Assembly: GCA_016192455.1 (NCBI GenBank)
Contig: JACPUC010000008.1
Coordinates: forward strand, 1-64,000
DNA: 64,000 bases
Source: Candidatus Tectimicrobiota bacterium
GTDB taxonomy: Bacteria > JACPUC01
Reading direction: 5' to 3'
This document shows positions 19,201-27,910 of the stretch, piece by piece (positions within the stretch are counted from its first letter, which is position 1; every line of letters begins with the position of its first letter). Both the position numbers and the translations under genes were made by a program. Below the pieces are notes generated by a model. The model was not told the origin of the DNA. It worked only from the letters and a program-made list of their open reading frames with translations, and did not search any database.

Positions 19201-19261
19201 CGCTGAGCAGCAGGCTCAGGGCGGCCAGCGCGAGGAGCCGTCGCGGCCAGCGCAGACCCAT
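16232..19261 (-). CDS. gspD: Type II secretion secretin GspD, lipoprotein with long Pro/Ala/Glu-rich N-terminal extension
   Basis: LLLSGC lipobox; SFNFDNADI N0 domain; LDLRPKQVLLE, KVPLLGSIPVLGRLF and RTELLVAITPRVV secretin motifs. Confidence 0.92.
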   Translation of the reverse strand: MGLRWPRRLLALAALSLLLSGCVVDRAARVLPWRSAKPVAQSRSLPAVAQSDTPPAPLETPAEPPSAASPGSPPERGRVAGSVARQQAAQPGEKRAAMAAKRRPAAEAGRGRAAAVAGSDDPTGGAGRETAGDAGGASSPGVSPFQQGGSPALRRREQAAAALTRQTGRGRPGREVAVAHPVFEADPALQRVGLAGEVAVGSLHLAQLRQEEGAPAASEEAAQPQPAPVAPAAEQPPVVEAPPAVEAPPAPEAPPLPELPAAETAPPAAPEGAPEGEAARQPEVPLPAPEAQPPSAAPAPAEPPAAQAPAEAAKEPAPARPAAPPEARRPAPRRGEGLRLPGRSVPRIDAATRFVSFNFDNADIYEVIQVISEITGLNYVVAPGVSGKVTIETAGRISVDEVFDLFHTILETNNLTAVRSGNVWKILPITQSRQTQVETEFGREPGRLRPIDKVVTRVLPLYFISASKMAELLKPFVSKNGEARAFAPRNLLVLVDLASNIQSLLDLIEMFDVDTFENISLKLLPVKHLTGTDLVKDLDKIYTMLGIDKISKGGGVEFLPIDRVKSVLILASTPALMDSVESLIEKLDIEAEAKGLQTFVYFVEHRKATELASLLTGLYGADAKRPGAPPTEGQAAAQPPRPTTPLERAARRGQEQRPAQPPAAPPPPTPAAAPGLQEGLRSATEGPVRIIADEVTNSLIVQSTPGDYQLIEATIKKLDLRPKQVLLEMLFLEVTLGDDLEYGVQALQGFAGGIFRQGEEKFVDFRGEVQTAFPGIALPPSGGLAFNFVDAPRLNLLFNALASESRVKVLSNPHLLATNNKQASINVGDEVPIVTGETTTGVAGVLAQAGAQAGQPQPVVDRNVQFRPTGVTLTFTPSINTNNLVTLDLDQEFSNARRTVTSGIDAPTIQTRKSKSTIVVQDGNTVLLAGLISENETSTDSKVPLLGSIPVLGRLFSRVTKQSQRTELLVAITPRVVKSSEEAASLTTEFQNRVLRLKEQLERAGRGGS

Positions 19262-19371
19262 CCTCCGCCCCACCCTCTCGGCCCGCGGCAGACCCCGGCT
19301 GCAGACCGCAGCGGCTCTGCGGGCGGCGGGAACCGTGCTGCAAGGGTGGCTCGCCGGGAGGCTTTCTGCCA

Positions 19372-20133
19372 TCACTTCTTCTCGGCCGGTTTCTCGGCTG
19401 CTTTGGCGGCCGGCGCCGGCTGTGCCGCGGGCGCCGCGGCCGCCGCGGCCGGTCTGGCTGGTTGCGGCGGCGCCGCAGCCTTAGCCGCCGGCGGGGGTGA
19501 CGCAGGCGCCTTCGGACGGTCTTTCAGCATGGTCGGATCGCGCACCAGGAGAGTCTCCTTCTGGCCGTTGCTCTCGAGGACCACGCGATCGCGCTCGATC
19601 TCGACGATGCGGAAGTCGCCGACCTTCTGACCGACGCGATAGTGGCGCGTGGTGCGTTGGGCCGGCGGCGGCACCACGCGCTGGAGGTTTCCCGGTCGGC
19701 GGGGCGTTGCACTGCCGACTTTCAGGATGGCGAAGCGCGCCTTCGGGCCGTAGATGAGCGTGCCAAAAAGTTGCACGTCCTCGAGGCGCACTGGCTTCTC
19801 GTCTTTCGGGGCGACGATGGTGGGTTCCGGCGCCGCGACTGGAGCTGGAGTGCGTTTCTCGTCTTCGGCGGCGCCGGGTTTCACCGGGGTGGGCGGCGGC
19901 AGGGGCTCGCGCCGCGTCGGATAGAAGAGGCTCTCGTCCACGATAATGCCGTAGTCGTTCTGCGGCCGAATGGCGCGTTGGAAGGTAAACCGCGGCGGCG
20001 TCGGAGTATCACGCCGGCTGAGCGTCGGCAGGGGGAGATGCTGGGGCGGCGTGGTCGTCCAGACGTTAAGCGCCGAATACCCAAGGCCGAGCGCCAGGGC
20101 CAGGAGCGCCAGGTTGAAGAGAACTACCCGCAT
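19372..20133 (-). CDS. gspC: GspC-like inner-membrane protein
   Basis: N-terminal TM; LFGTL..FAIL...YRVGQKVGDFRIVEIERDRVVLE HR-domain pattern; adjacent to gspD; no PDZ domain. Confidence 0.65.
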   Translation of the reverse strand: MRVVLFNLALLALALGLGYSALNVWTTTPPQHLPLPTLSRRDTPTPPRFTFQRAIRPQNDYGIIVDESLFYPTRREPLPPPTPVKPGAAEDEKRTPAPVAAPEPTIVAPKDEKPVRLEDVQLFGTLIYGPKARFAILKVGSATPRRPGNLQRVVPPPAQRTTRHYRVGQKVGDFRIVEIERDRVVLESNGQKETLLVRDPTMLKDRPKAPASPPPAAKAAAPPQPARPAAAAAAPAAQPAPAAKAAEKPAEKK

Positions 20134-20207
20134 GCCCACCTCATCAATCCCTGCCGCCTCACTGCTCGAGACGGAGCAGCGATGGGATTCGCTCTCTGCA
20201 AGGGGCT

Positions 20208-20236
20208 ATTCTATATGCTGAGCAACTTTCAAGCAA
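20208..20236 (-). promoter_or_regulatory. Internal sigma70-type promoter for gspC-gspD
   Basis: TTGCTT-N17-TAGAAT in an AT-richer gap. Confidence 0.55.
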
Positions 20237-20354
20237 CCACCCCAATCCCTAGGGGTGACCCTTGACGTCGGCTCCTGTGACGTCTACCCAGGCTGGGGCC
20301 GAGCCAGTTCGCCGGGCTGCTCCGCCTGCCGCCTGCTCCCTCCGGGCAGCGCGA

Positions 20355-20939
20355 TCAGGACCCCTTTGGAGCCGCTCCGGTCGGCTTTTTCGGTTCCCGC
20401 AACAGGGCGGTAACGACGAAGCGGGCGCGAATGGTGCTGGGGTTCTGGCGGTTCGCCACCTCGATCGACAGCTCCGGAATCGCCAGGAACTTGGCGTACG
20501 CCTCGATCAGGTAGATCAACTGGCTGAGATTCCTGATCGAGGTTCGCGCATTGATCTCGACGGGGATGCGCAGGAAGCTGCCGGCCTCGACCGGGTCGAG
20601 GATCTTTTCGCGCTCGATCTTTACCCCTGCGCGCCGCGCCAGCTCCTTCAGGACCTGCTGCACCTCCGCCGCCGTAAGGGGCGCCTTGTCGCCCGTGTAG
20701 ATGATCGCGTCGAGCTGCTGCAACGCCGCCGTGAGGCTCTGGCGATAGAGCGTCAGACCCTTGCGCCGGGCGACGATGCGCTGGTAGGTGCGAAGCTGCT
20801 CCTGCTGCCGGGCGATCTCCTCCCGCACGTGGCGCTGCCGGCGGATGAGCGGCTCGATCCCGTAGGCATAGGCGAGAAAGCCGACCACGACCACCCCCAA
20901 GAGAAGAAGAGCGCGGCGATCACGTTGCTTCAGGGCCAT
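20355..20939 (-). CDS. gspM: GspM/PilO-like protein
   Basis: LKQRDRR + TM + coiled coil + ferredoxin-like domain; position after gspL. Confidence 0.75.
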   Translation of the reverse strand: MALKQRDRRALLLLGVVVVGFLAYAYGIEPLIRRQRHVREEIARQQEQLRTYQRIVARRKGLTLYRQSLTAALQQLDAIIYTGDKAPLTAAEVQQVLKELARRAGVKIEREKILDPVEAGSFLRIPVEINARTSIRNLSQLIYLIEAYAKFLAIPELSIEVANRQNPSTIRARFVVTALLREPKKPTGAAPKGS

Positions 20940-21014
20940 GGATGCGAGGTCCCTCTGCTGAGTGCCGCGTTGCTCCGGCCCGCCCGCGGCGGTATGGCAG
21001 CGCGGGGCACGTCG

Positions 21015-22493
21015 TTACCGTTCGAGATCGAGCCGAATCTGGAAGTTCTCCCGACCGCCGCTGCTCGTGATCGGGGCCGTGAAGACGACGTTCTCGAAGA
21101 GCGGCGAGGCCTCCAGGGTGGGGATGAGGTTGGAGGCGGCTTCGGCCAGGCCGTTGATCTCCACTCGGCCACTCTTGTACCGCAGGCGTTCGATGTAGGC
21201 CGTCTTGGGAATCGTCACGGTGAGTTCGCGCAGGATCTCGAGCTTGACGATCGCCTCTTCCTTCATCCCTTCGAACTGGCGCAGCAGTTTCTCCTGCTCC
21301 TGCAGCTTGCTCTCCAGGTCGCGCACCTCGAAGACCTCGCGCCGCAGCTCTTTCACCTGGCGCTCAAGCTCGGCCAGGGTGCGGCGCTGCTGCACGGCCC
21401 CTCCGGCGACGTACGCCCCGCCAAGCAACAGGACAAGGCAAAGGAGGGCCACCGTGCTCACCATGCTGACCCGGCTCTGTTTCTTGCGCTGCTCCAGCGG
21501 CACGAGGTTGCAACTGGGATCCTGCGGATCGTACGCCAGCGCCGCGAGCCCCGCCACGGTATGCACCATGCCGGGGTCGTAGTCCGGCCGCCGCCGCACG
21601 GCATCCGGCAACCGCGCCGGCCCCATGCCGGTGAGCACACTGCCGGGGTAGCGTTGCTCGAGGTGCGGCAGCACCGCCTCGCGCAGCCCCCGCGGCCCGT
21701 GCAGCACCGCCTGCCGCACCAGGGGGACGCCGAGGGTGGAGCGGGCGACGAGGAGCACCCGTTCCAGCTCGCGCTCGAGGGGAGACCAGGGGTCCCCGGC
21801 GTCAAGGCGCACCGCGTGGCAGGCGAGCAGGCGGCGCCGATGCGCGATGGAGATATCGGCCCGCGGCACGCCGCCGGCGCCCTCCTGGACTTCACCGTGC
21901 GCCACCCCCGGCGCTTCCAGATTGATCAGCAGCACCGGCTCCTCGTTGGCGGCGGTGGCCAGCCAGAAGCGCAGCAATCCCGAGGCTGCGAGGTCAATGT
22001 GGGTCGGCTCGACGCCGGCCTGTTTAAGGACGCCCGTCATCTCATCGAGATCGCGCTTGCGAACCGCCAAGGTGAGGGTGAGGAGATTACCATTGCGCTG
22101 CAGGACTGGGCAGTAGTCGGTATAGGCCTCGGCGGGCGCGAAGGGGAGGTGGCGTTCGAGCTCGAAGCGCATGAGCTGCGGCAGGTTCTCGGCGGCGCTG
22201 GCGGGCACCTCGACGTATTGCACGATGGCGACATGGCGTGGGATGCCCAGAACGACGTGCTGCGGCCCGCCGCCGTGCTGGCGTTCGATGAAACTGCGCA
22301 GGTGGTCGGCGAGGCTGCGCTCGCCGGCGGTGGCGGAGGTCCCCGGCGCGGCGGCGGGACTTGAGCCGGCTGCCGCGCCCGGGCGGGGCAGGACCTCATA
22401 GTCATGCAGGGCGACGCGCGAGCGACCACGCACCCAGCCGCACACCAGGGCATCGCTCCGCCACTCCAGGGTAAGGCACGTTCCGGCGCTCAT
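21015..22493 (-). CDS. gspL: GspL (PilM-like cytoplasmic domain + PilN domain)
   Basis: FELERHLPF, NLVP before the TM and INGLA..A..LI..LEASPLFENV motifs; start ATG 22493 with GAGGAG. Confidence 0.75.
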   Translation of the reverse strand: MSAGTCLTLEWRSDALVCGWVRGRSRVALHDYEVLPRPGAAAGSSPAAAPGTSATAGERSLADHLRSFIERQHGGGPQHVVLGIPRHVAIVQYVEVPASAAENLPQLMRFELERHLPFAPAEAYTDYCPVLQRNGNLLTLTLAVRKRDLDEMTGVLKQAGVEPTHIDLAASGLLRFWLATAANEEPVLLINLEAPGVAHGEVQEGAGGVPRADISIAHRRRLLACHAVRLDAGDPWSPLERELERVLLVARSTLGVPLVRQAVLHGPRGLREAVLPHLEQRYPGSVLTGMGPARLPDAVRRRPDYDPGMVHTVAGLAALAYDPQDPSCNLVPLEQRKKQSRVSMVSTVALLCLVLLLGGAYVAGGAVQQRRTLAELERQVKELRREVFEVRDLESKLQEQEKLLRQFEGMKEEAIVKLEILRELTVTIPKTAYIERLRYKSGRVEINGLAEAASNLIPTLEASPLFENVVFTAPITSSGGRENFQIRLDLER

Positions 22494-22500
22494 GCGGGCG

Positions 22501-23688
22501 TTACTCCTCTTCCCGTTCTGCGAGGCCATCGGTGAAGCCGGCGAAGCTCGGCGGCTGCGGCGCCCGCAGGACGTTGTCATCCCAGGCGCTCACGACGATC
22601 GGGCCGCTGCGCGAGCCGGCCCCTCCCTGCTCGATGCGGGCGGCGACGCGGCGCACGTTGGGGCTGCCGGGGAAGAAGCCTTCCGCCACGACGTAGAAAC
22701 TCGTCGACGTCGTCGTCAGCCCACGGTAGCGCCGCGCCTGACGCGGCAGCAAGCGGTGCGGGCGCCCCGCGACGATGTGGTCGGCGACCGTCTGCGACAC
22801 CCCGAGGGCCTGCAAGACGAGGAGCGGCGCCGTATTAAGGTTCACCGGCCCGCGCCCCCCGACGGTGAGGAAATGGACCAGCCCAAGGTACTCATCGGAG
22901 TCGCTCGGCGCCGGGCAGTCGGGCGGCGGCTCATAGGGGGGGAGCTGGCCGCCGGTGCCGTGGAAGAGTGCCGGCGAGACGCAGCGCACGAGGAGGAGTT
23001 CCTCGACGCTGTCGAAGTTCCCATTCTTCGCCTCGTAGGGCTGCGGCAAGCTCTTGTAGTAGTCGCTCTCGGCGCCGTTCAGACGGCGGGCGTTCCCGTG
23101 GTCGCGCCAGTCCAGGATCGAATCGACGATGATGCTGCGGAGTTGATCGTCGACCACGCCGGTGAAGCGCAGCAAGCGCTCAAGCTGGTAACTCGACAGG
23201 GAGTTCAGGTTCAGCTTGCTCTCGTCATCTTCGAGGATCACCCGCACGGCGCCGCGGCCGATGGCCACCCCCTGGGGGAGCTGCAGCCGGCCCAAGAGCG
23301 AGAGGGGTGCGCTGGCCGAGGTCTCCTCGGCTTTCTTGTCCGGCTCACTGCTCTCTCCCTCCGGGGTGTAAACGAGCGAGCCACTGCAACCCTGCAGGAT
23401 GTTGAGGTCGGGATCGCGATAGACGCAACGCGGCAGGCGCAGGATTTCGGTCGCGGCAAGGTTGAGGCCGGCTCTCGCAGCGTAGTAGGCCTGCGTCTCA
23501 TCCATGAAATTCCGCGTCGCCAGGGAATCGATGCGCCGGCTCTCAATGTACTCGCTGGCAATGATGGAGAGCATGGTAATGACGAAGAGGACCATGAGGA
23601 GGGCGATGCCGCGCTCACCGCCCGCCCGCCGCGCCCAGCCGGCGCCTAGCGCCTTCGGCAGCCTGTCCATGGGCGGCACACGCCTCAT
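22501..23688 (-). CDS. gspK: Minor pseudopilin GspK
   Basis: ERG|IALLMVL, DDESKLNLN, DSILDWRD, GAESDYY and VNLNTAP motifs. Confidence 0.9.
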   Translation of the reverse strand: MRRVPPMDRLPKALGAGWARRAGGERGIALLMVLFVITMLSIIASEYIESRRIDSLATRNFMDETQAYYAARAGLNLAATEILRLPRCVYRDPDLNILQGCSGSLVYTPEGESSEPDKKAEETSASAPLSLLGRLQLPQGVAIGRGAVRVILEDDESKLNLNSLSSYQLERLLRFTGVVDDQLRSIIVDSILDWRDHGNARRLNGAESDYYKSLPQPYEAKNGNFDSVEELLLVRCVSPALFHGTGGQLPPYEPPPDCPAPSDSDEYLGLVHFLTVGGRGPVNLNTAPLLVLQALGVSQTVADHIVAGRPHRLLPRQARRYRGLTTTSTSFYVVAEGFFPGSPNVRRVAARIEQGGAGSRSGPIVVSAWDDNVLRAPQPPSFAGFTDGLAEREEE

Positions 23689-24449
23689 TCTTTCTCCCCG
23701 GCTTGCTCCCGGAAGGTGGATTGAGCGACCCGGCTGAGCTGCACGTTCACCGGCAGACTCACGGCGACCGGTGGCATCGGCTCTTTCTCGTCTTCATAGC
23801 GGATCGCCAGGCGGACCGCCGCCGGCAAGCGGCGCTTCACTTTCGAGTCCCAGGCGTTGAGCCACACCCCCTGGCTTGATTCCGGATCGAGGTACTCGAA
23901 GCGCAGCTCGCGCACGTCAGGGGACAGCACTGTATCGGTTCCCTTGCTGAAGGAATCGTCACTCGGCGGCAAGCCCAGCGGCCCCTCGTGGAGCACCAGC
24001 CCGTCTTTCTGCCTGGCACGGTAGCTGACAGCCCGCATGAGGTGCGCGCCGCGCTTGTCCTGCAGGCTCCCCGTGGCGGTGAAGAACTTCAGCTCCTCGC
24101 GCGTCCCCTGGAAAACGATCTTCTCGTTGCGGGCATTCAGGACGCTCGAGCGCAGCTCCTGGGCAAGCTGATCGACGAGCACGCGATGACGCTGGAAAGT
24201 ATCCGCCAGGCTCGTATCCCGCTCCCAGGTGCGCACCCCGAGGTGCATGGCGCCGAAGAGCACGCCGAGCGTGAGTGCCAGGATGGTGATCGAGATGACC
24301 ACCTCCATGAGAGTGAAGCCCGCCTGCCTCGGCGCGCTTTGCTGCGGAGCCAGGCTCGCGCCGCGGCGCGGCTCGAGGCGCCCTGCCGGCTGGGCGGCGC
24401 GGCGCGCCGTGAGGCGGCCTCTGGGGGAACACAGCGTCCTACGAGCCAA
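23685..24449 (-). CDS. gspJ: Minor pseudopilin GspJ
   Basis: QAG|FTLMEVVI and W...W....LPAAVRL motifs; start (TTG) tentative. Confidence 0.85.
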   Translation of the reverse strand: MARRTLCSPRGRLTARRAAQPAGRLEPRRGASLAPQQSAPRQAGFTLMEVVISITILALTLGVLFGAMHLGVRTWERDTSLADTFQRHRVLVDQLAQELRSSVLNARNEKIVFQGTREELKFFTATGSLQDKRGAHLMRAVSYRARQKDGLVLHEGPLGLPPSDDSFSKGTDTVLSPDVRELRFEYLDPESSQGVWLNAWDSKVKRRLPAAVRLAIRYEDEKEPMPPVAVSLPVNVQLSRVAQSTFREQAGEKE

Positions 24450-24969
24450 GGAGACCTCCCGTCTGCCTCTCCTGCGCCGACCCGCCCGCGACGAGCCGCA
24501 CCGTGCGCAGCTCAAAGCTCTTGCCCCGGGGCGGCTGGCCGCCCCACGTCACCGTCACGACGACGTCGTAAAACTTCGGCTCGATGAGCTGCCGCAGCTC
24601 GCTGCTGGAGCGCCCGGCGGCCGCGGCTTGATTCTGCTCCCCCGTTCCTTCTTGGTTCTCCGCTTGGCGCTCCGCGATGCGGACCTGCCACCCATACGGC
24701 GTGCCCTCGAAACGCCCGCTCAAGCTGCCTTCTTGAATCTCCGGCGTAGCCAGCGTCTCCTCCATCTTCGTGCTGGCGAGGAAGACCGCCTTCGTGTACT
24801 CCTGGGCGGTGCGAGCGCTCTTCAGCCCGCCGGCGAAGAGCTCGATAAGGAGGACGAGGCTCCCCCCCATGATTGCCAGGGCAACCATCACCTCCAAGAG
24901 CGAGAAGCCGCGCGCCGCGGCACTGGATGGGCCTCCGCCCGCACCAAGCCACGCCAGCCGGCGGCTCAT
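24439..24969 (-). CDS. gspI: Minor pseudopilin GspI
   Basis: ARG|FSLLEVMVAL prepilin motif; gene order. Confidence 0.85.
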   Translation of the reverse strand: MSRRLAWLGAGGGPSSAAARGFSLLEVMVALAIMGGSLVLLIELFAGGLKSARTAQEYTKAVFLASTKMEETLATPEIQEGSLSGRFEGTPYGWQVRIAERQAENQEGTGEQNQAAAAGRSSSELRQLIEPKFYDVVVTVTWGGQPPRGKSFELRTVRLVAGGSAQERQTGGLLGS

Positions 24970-25829
24970 GAGAGGCCCTCCACGCTCTGCCGCAGGCGCA
25001 CCCGCCCGGTCAGCGTGTCGATGGTGATGAAGAGGAGGCGGCCGCGAGGGGACTCCAGCCGCAATACCCGCCCGGTGGCATTCCCCTTCGGGAAGAAGAT
25101 GATCGGGGTGAGCGGCTCGCCGGTGGCGGTTTTGAGCTTCAGCCCTTCGGGCAGCGCGGTCCTGACCTGGGGCAGCAGCCGCAGCGGCTGCTGGGAGGAT
25201 TCCGGGAGGTCACCTCCACCCCCACCCGCCGCCGGCTCGAGGCCGCGGCTGGAGCGAGCCGCAGCCGGTTCCTTGCCCGGCTTGCCCGGCGCCTCGTTGG
25301 CTCGGGAGAGCCGCGCCGCAGGAGCCGCCGGTCGCGCCACCGCCTGGCTGGGGGCCGGCGGGCGGCGTGACGGCTTTCCCGCAGCGGCCGCCTCCCCGAA
25401 ACTGCCGTCATCCTCAACCGTCCAGCCCTCTTCGGCGGAGGACTGCTGGCCTAGGGGACGGAACCCGTAACGTCCCGCCGCCATATCGACGTAGACCTCG
25501 TAGGGAACCTTGGTGGCCACGGCGGTGCTGCGCGCCTCGCGCATCGCCCCCATCAGCCGGCGCGCCGCGGTGCGAAAGCGCAGGTTCTCGAGGGTGGCGC
25601 CGATGGAGGGCGCCACCAGCCCGCTTGCAGCCGCCAGGATCACCAGCACCACAAGGAGCTCGATGAGCGTCACGCCGGCCTGACCGACGCCCCCTCCCCC
25701 CGGCACGCGGAGGAGGCGGGCATGCAGCCGCCCCAGCGCACGCCGGCTGAGGGAGAAGGGCAGGTCCCAGCGCGCCTTCTCCTCGCGCCAGCGCCTGACG
25801 CGCTCAGCTCCCGCACTCCTTGATGGCAT
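24966..25829 (-). CDS. gspH: Minor pseudopilin GspH/FimT-like with low-complexity insertion
   Basis: QAG|VTLIELLVV, ARSTAV, IIFFPKG and IDTLTGRV motifs; start uncertain. Confidence 0.8.
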   Translation of the reverse strand: MPSRSAGAERVRRWREEKARWDLPFSLSRRALGRLHARLLRVPGGGGVGQAGVTLIELLVVLVILAAASGLVAPSIGATLENLRFRTAARRLMGAMREARSTAVATKVPYEVYVDMAAGRYGFRPLGQQSSAEEGWTVEDDGSFGEAAAAGKPSRRPPAPSQAVARPAAPAARLSRANEAPGKPGKEPAAARSSRGLEPAAGGGGGDLPESSQQPLRLLPQVRTALPEGLKLKTATGEPLTPIIFFPKGNATGRVLRLESPRGRLLFITIDTLTGRVRLRQSVEGLS

Positions 25830-26214
25830 TCCCATCCGGGCCCTTCGATTCCAGGCAGTAACTTCGCTTATCCTCACCTGCCGAATAGGTGTACTCGTGG
25901 TTCCAGGGATCCCGTGGGAGGACCCCCTTCTTCAGATAGGAACCTTCCCAGCGATCGCTGTTCTCGCCGCCCGGCCGTTTGACGAGGTCCTCCAGACTGT
26001 CAGGGTAGGTCCCCATGTCCAGACGGTAGCGGTCGAGCGCTTCCTCAAGGAGGCTCATCTGGGTCTTGTTGATCTGCAACTTCGACTGCTCGACCTTGCC
26101 GAACAACCGTGGCCCCACCAGCGCGGCGAGCAGGCCCAGGATCACCATCACCACGAGGAGCTCGATCAGCGTGATGCCGCGCTGAGAGCGTGAGAACAGG
26201 CTTGAGGCTGGCAT
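25804..26214 (-). CDS. gspG: Major pseudopilin GspG
   Basis: QRG|ITLIELLVVMVILGLLAALVGP, ALDRYRLD.G.YP and LPRDPW motifs. Confidence 0.92.
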   Translation of the reverse strand: MPASSLFSRSQRGITLIELLVVMVILGLLAALVGPRLFGKVEQSKLQINKTQMSLLEEALDRYRLDMGTYPDSLEDLVKRPGGENSDRWEGSYLKKGVLPRDPWNHEYTYSAGEDKRSYCLESKGPDGNAIKECGS

Positions 26215-26612
26215 GGTTCATCCTCATCCGAAGCGCGAGTGGGTGCCTCGCCACAGCACCCCCCGCAGCTCCCGGAGGCACGGTGGCCACTCACGATCAC
26301 CGATTTAGAAAGGCTCCCGCGTGGGAAAGTTCCCAGGCCGCCCCGCGGCGGCGTGCGGCAGGGGACCACAAGGCGCCGCCTGTGTCAAGGGGCCCGCCTC
26401 GCCCCGGCGGGTCGTTCCCCCGGCCGCGGCGACGGCCAGGCGGCCGCTCGCCCCCTTCACCTGTTCCGGCGTCGACGCCAGGGTGCCTTGGATCAATCAG
26501 GTGCGTCCGCCCTCGTGCTCGCCGCCCCCGCCGCGCGGCCTCTTTCCGTCGCCGGGCGGCGCGCCGCGACGAGCGCGAGGCGAGCGCCAGGGGTCAGGCG
26601 CACGTGCAGCAA

Positions 26613-27833
26613 CTAGAGAGGCAGTTCATTGAGGCTGAAGATCGCCATGAGCATGGACAGGACAATGAAGCCAACGATCCCACCCATCACCAGGATCATC
26701 ATCGGTTCGATCAGGGCGATCAAACTCTTCAGGGAGCTCTTCACCTGGCGGTCATAGGTTTCGGCCACCTTGATGAGCATGGATTCCATGCTTCCCGTCT
26801 CCTCTCCCACCGCCAGCATGTGGAGGAAGAGTGACGGAAAGGCGCCGGTCTGGCGCAGGGGTGTCGAGAGGGTCGCCCCCTTCTCCACCCCCGTGCGGGC
26901 CTCGCCGATGGCCGCCCGCAAGACGCTGTTCGTGGACGCTTCCTGGACGATCGTGAGGGCCTGGAGGAGCGGCACGCCATTGCGGATGAGCGTGCCGAGC
27001 GTGCGGGCAAAACGCGCCACCTGAATTTTCCCGATCAGCGTCCCCAGGACCGGCAGACGCAGCAGCAGACGATCAACGGCGAAGCGCCCCGCCGCGGTGC
27101 GGACGTAGCCGCGGAACGCCAGCGCCCCGACCACGAGCGCTCCCAGGATGGCCCACCAGTAACCCGACACCGCGCCGCTGATCGCCAGCATGATGAGGGT
27201 CGGCAGCGGCAGCGCCTGACCTTGATCGGCGAAGATCTGAGCGAACTTGGGAATCACCAGGGTGAGGAGGAGGGTCACCGCCCCGCCGCCCACGGCGGTC
27301 AAGAGGACGGGGTAGAGGAGGGAGGAGGCGACGTACTCCTTCAGCTCCTGGGTATCCTCGAGGAAGCCGGCGAGGCGTTCCAGGACAAGGTCGAGGATGC
27401 CCCCCACCTCGCCGGCCCGCACCATGTTCACGTAGAGCCGCGAGAAGACCCGGGGATGCCGCGCTAGACAGTCAGAGAACGAGGTGCCGCTGCGCAGCTC
27501 CTCGAGGAGATCCTGCACGATCTTGCGGAACGGAGCCTTCTCGCTGAGATCGGTAAGGGTGGTGAGGCCGCGCTCGAGGGGAAAGCCGGCATTCAGGAGC
27601 ACCGACAGCTCGTGGGTGAAGGTGGCGATATCCTTCTGGCTGGTCCGCCTCAGCAGGGCGTTGAGGCTGATCTCCCTCGACAGCCCGTTGGTGCTCTGCG
27701 GCAGGTCAACGCTGAGCGGCAGGTAGCCGAGCTCCTGCAGGCGGTCGATGACGGCACGCTCGTCGCGGCCCTCCATGGCGCCCTCGACGATGTTGCCGGA
27801 ACGATCCGTGGCTCGGTAGAGAAACTCGCTCAT
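26613..27833 (-). CDS. gspF: T2SS inner-membrane platform protein GspF
   Basis: YVNMVRAGEVGG, ARFARTLGTL and VGEETG...LIEP motifs. Confidence 0.92.
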   Translation of the reverse strand: MSEFLYRATDRSGNIVEGAMEGRDERAVIDRLQELGYLPLSVDLPQSTNGLSREISLNALLRRTSQKDIATFTHELSVLLNAGFPLERGLTTLTDLSEKAPFRKIVQDLLEELRSGTSFSDCLARHPRVFSRLYVNMVRAGEVGGILDLVLERLAGFLEDTQELKEYVASSLLYPVLLTAVGGGAVTLLLTLVIPKFAQIFADQGQALPLPTLIMLAISGAVSGYWWAILGALVVGALAFRGYVRTAAGRFAVDRLLLRLPVLGTLIGKIQVARFARTLGTLIRNGVPLLQALTIVQEASTNSVLRAAIGEARTGVEKGATLSTPLRQTGAFPSLFLHMLAVGEETGSMESMLIKVAETYDRQVKSSLKSLIALIEPMMILVMGGIVGFIVLSMLMAIFSLNELPL

Positions 27834-27910
27834 CGACTCCTACGCCCTCGGCCGCAGCCTCGCCTCGGAGGAGCGCCCTCGACCCGGCGGCGCCGCGCCC
27901 CGCCGGCGCC

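Noticed and set aside
26360-26388. Promoter for gspG (TTGACA on the minus strand)
   Set aside because: The matching -10 (TCCCCT) is too poor to call.
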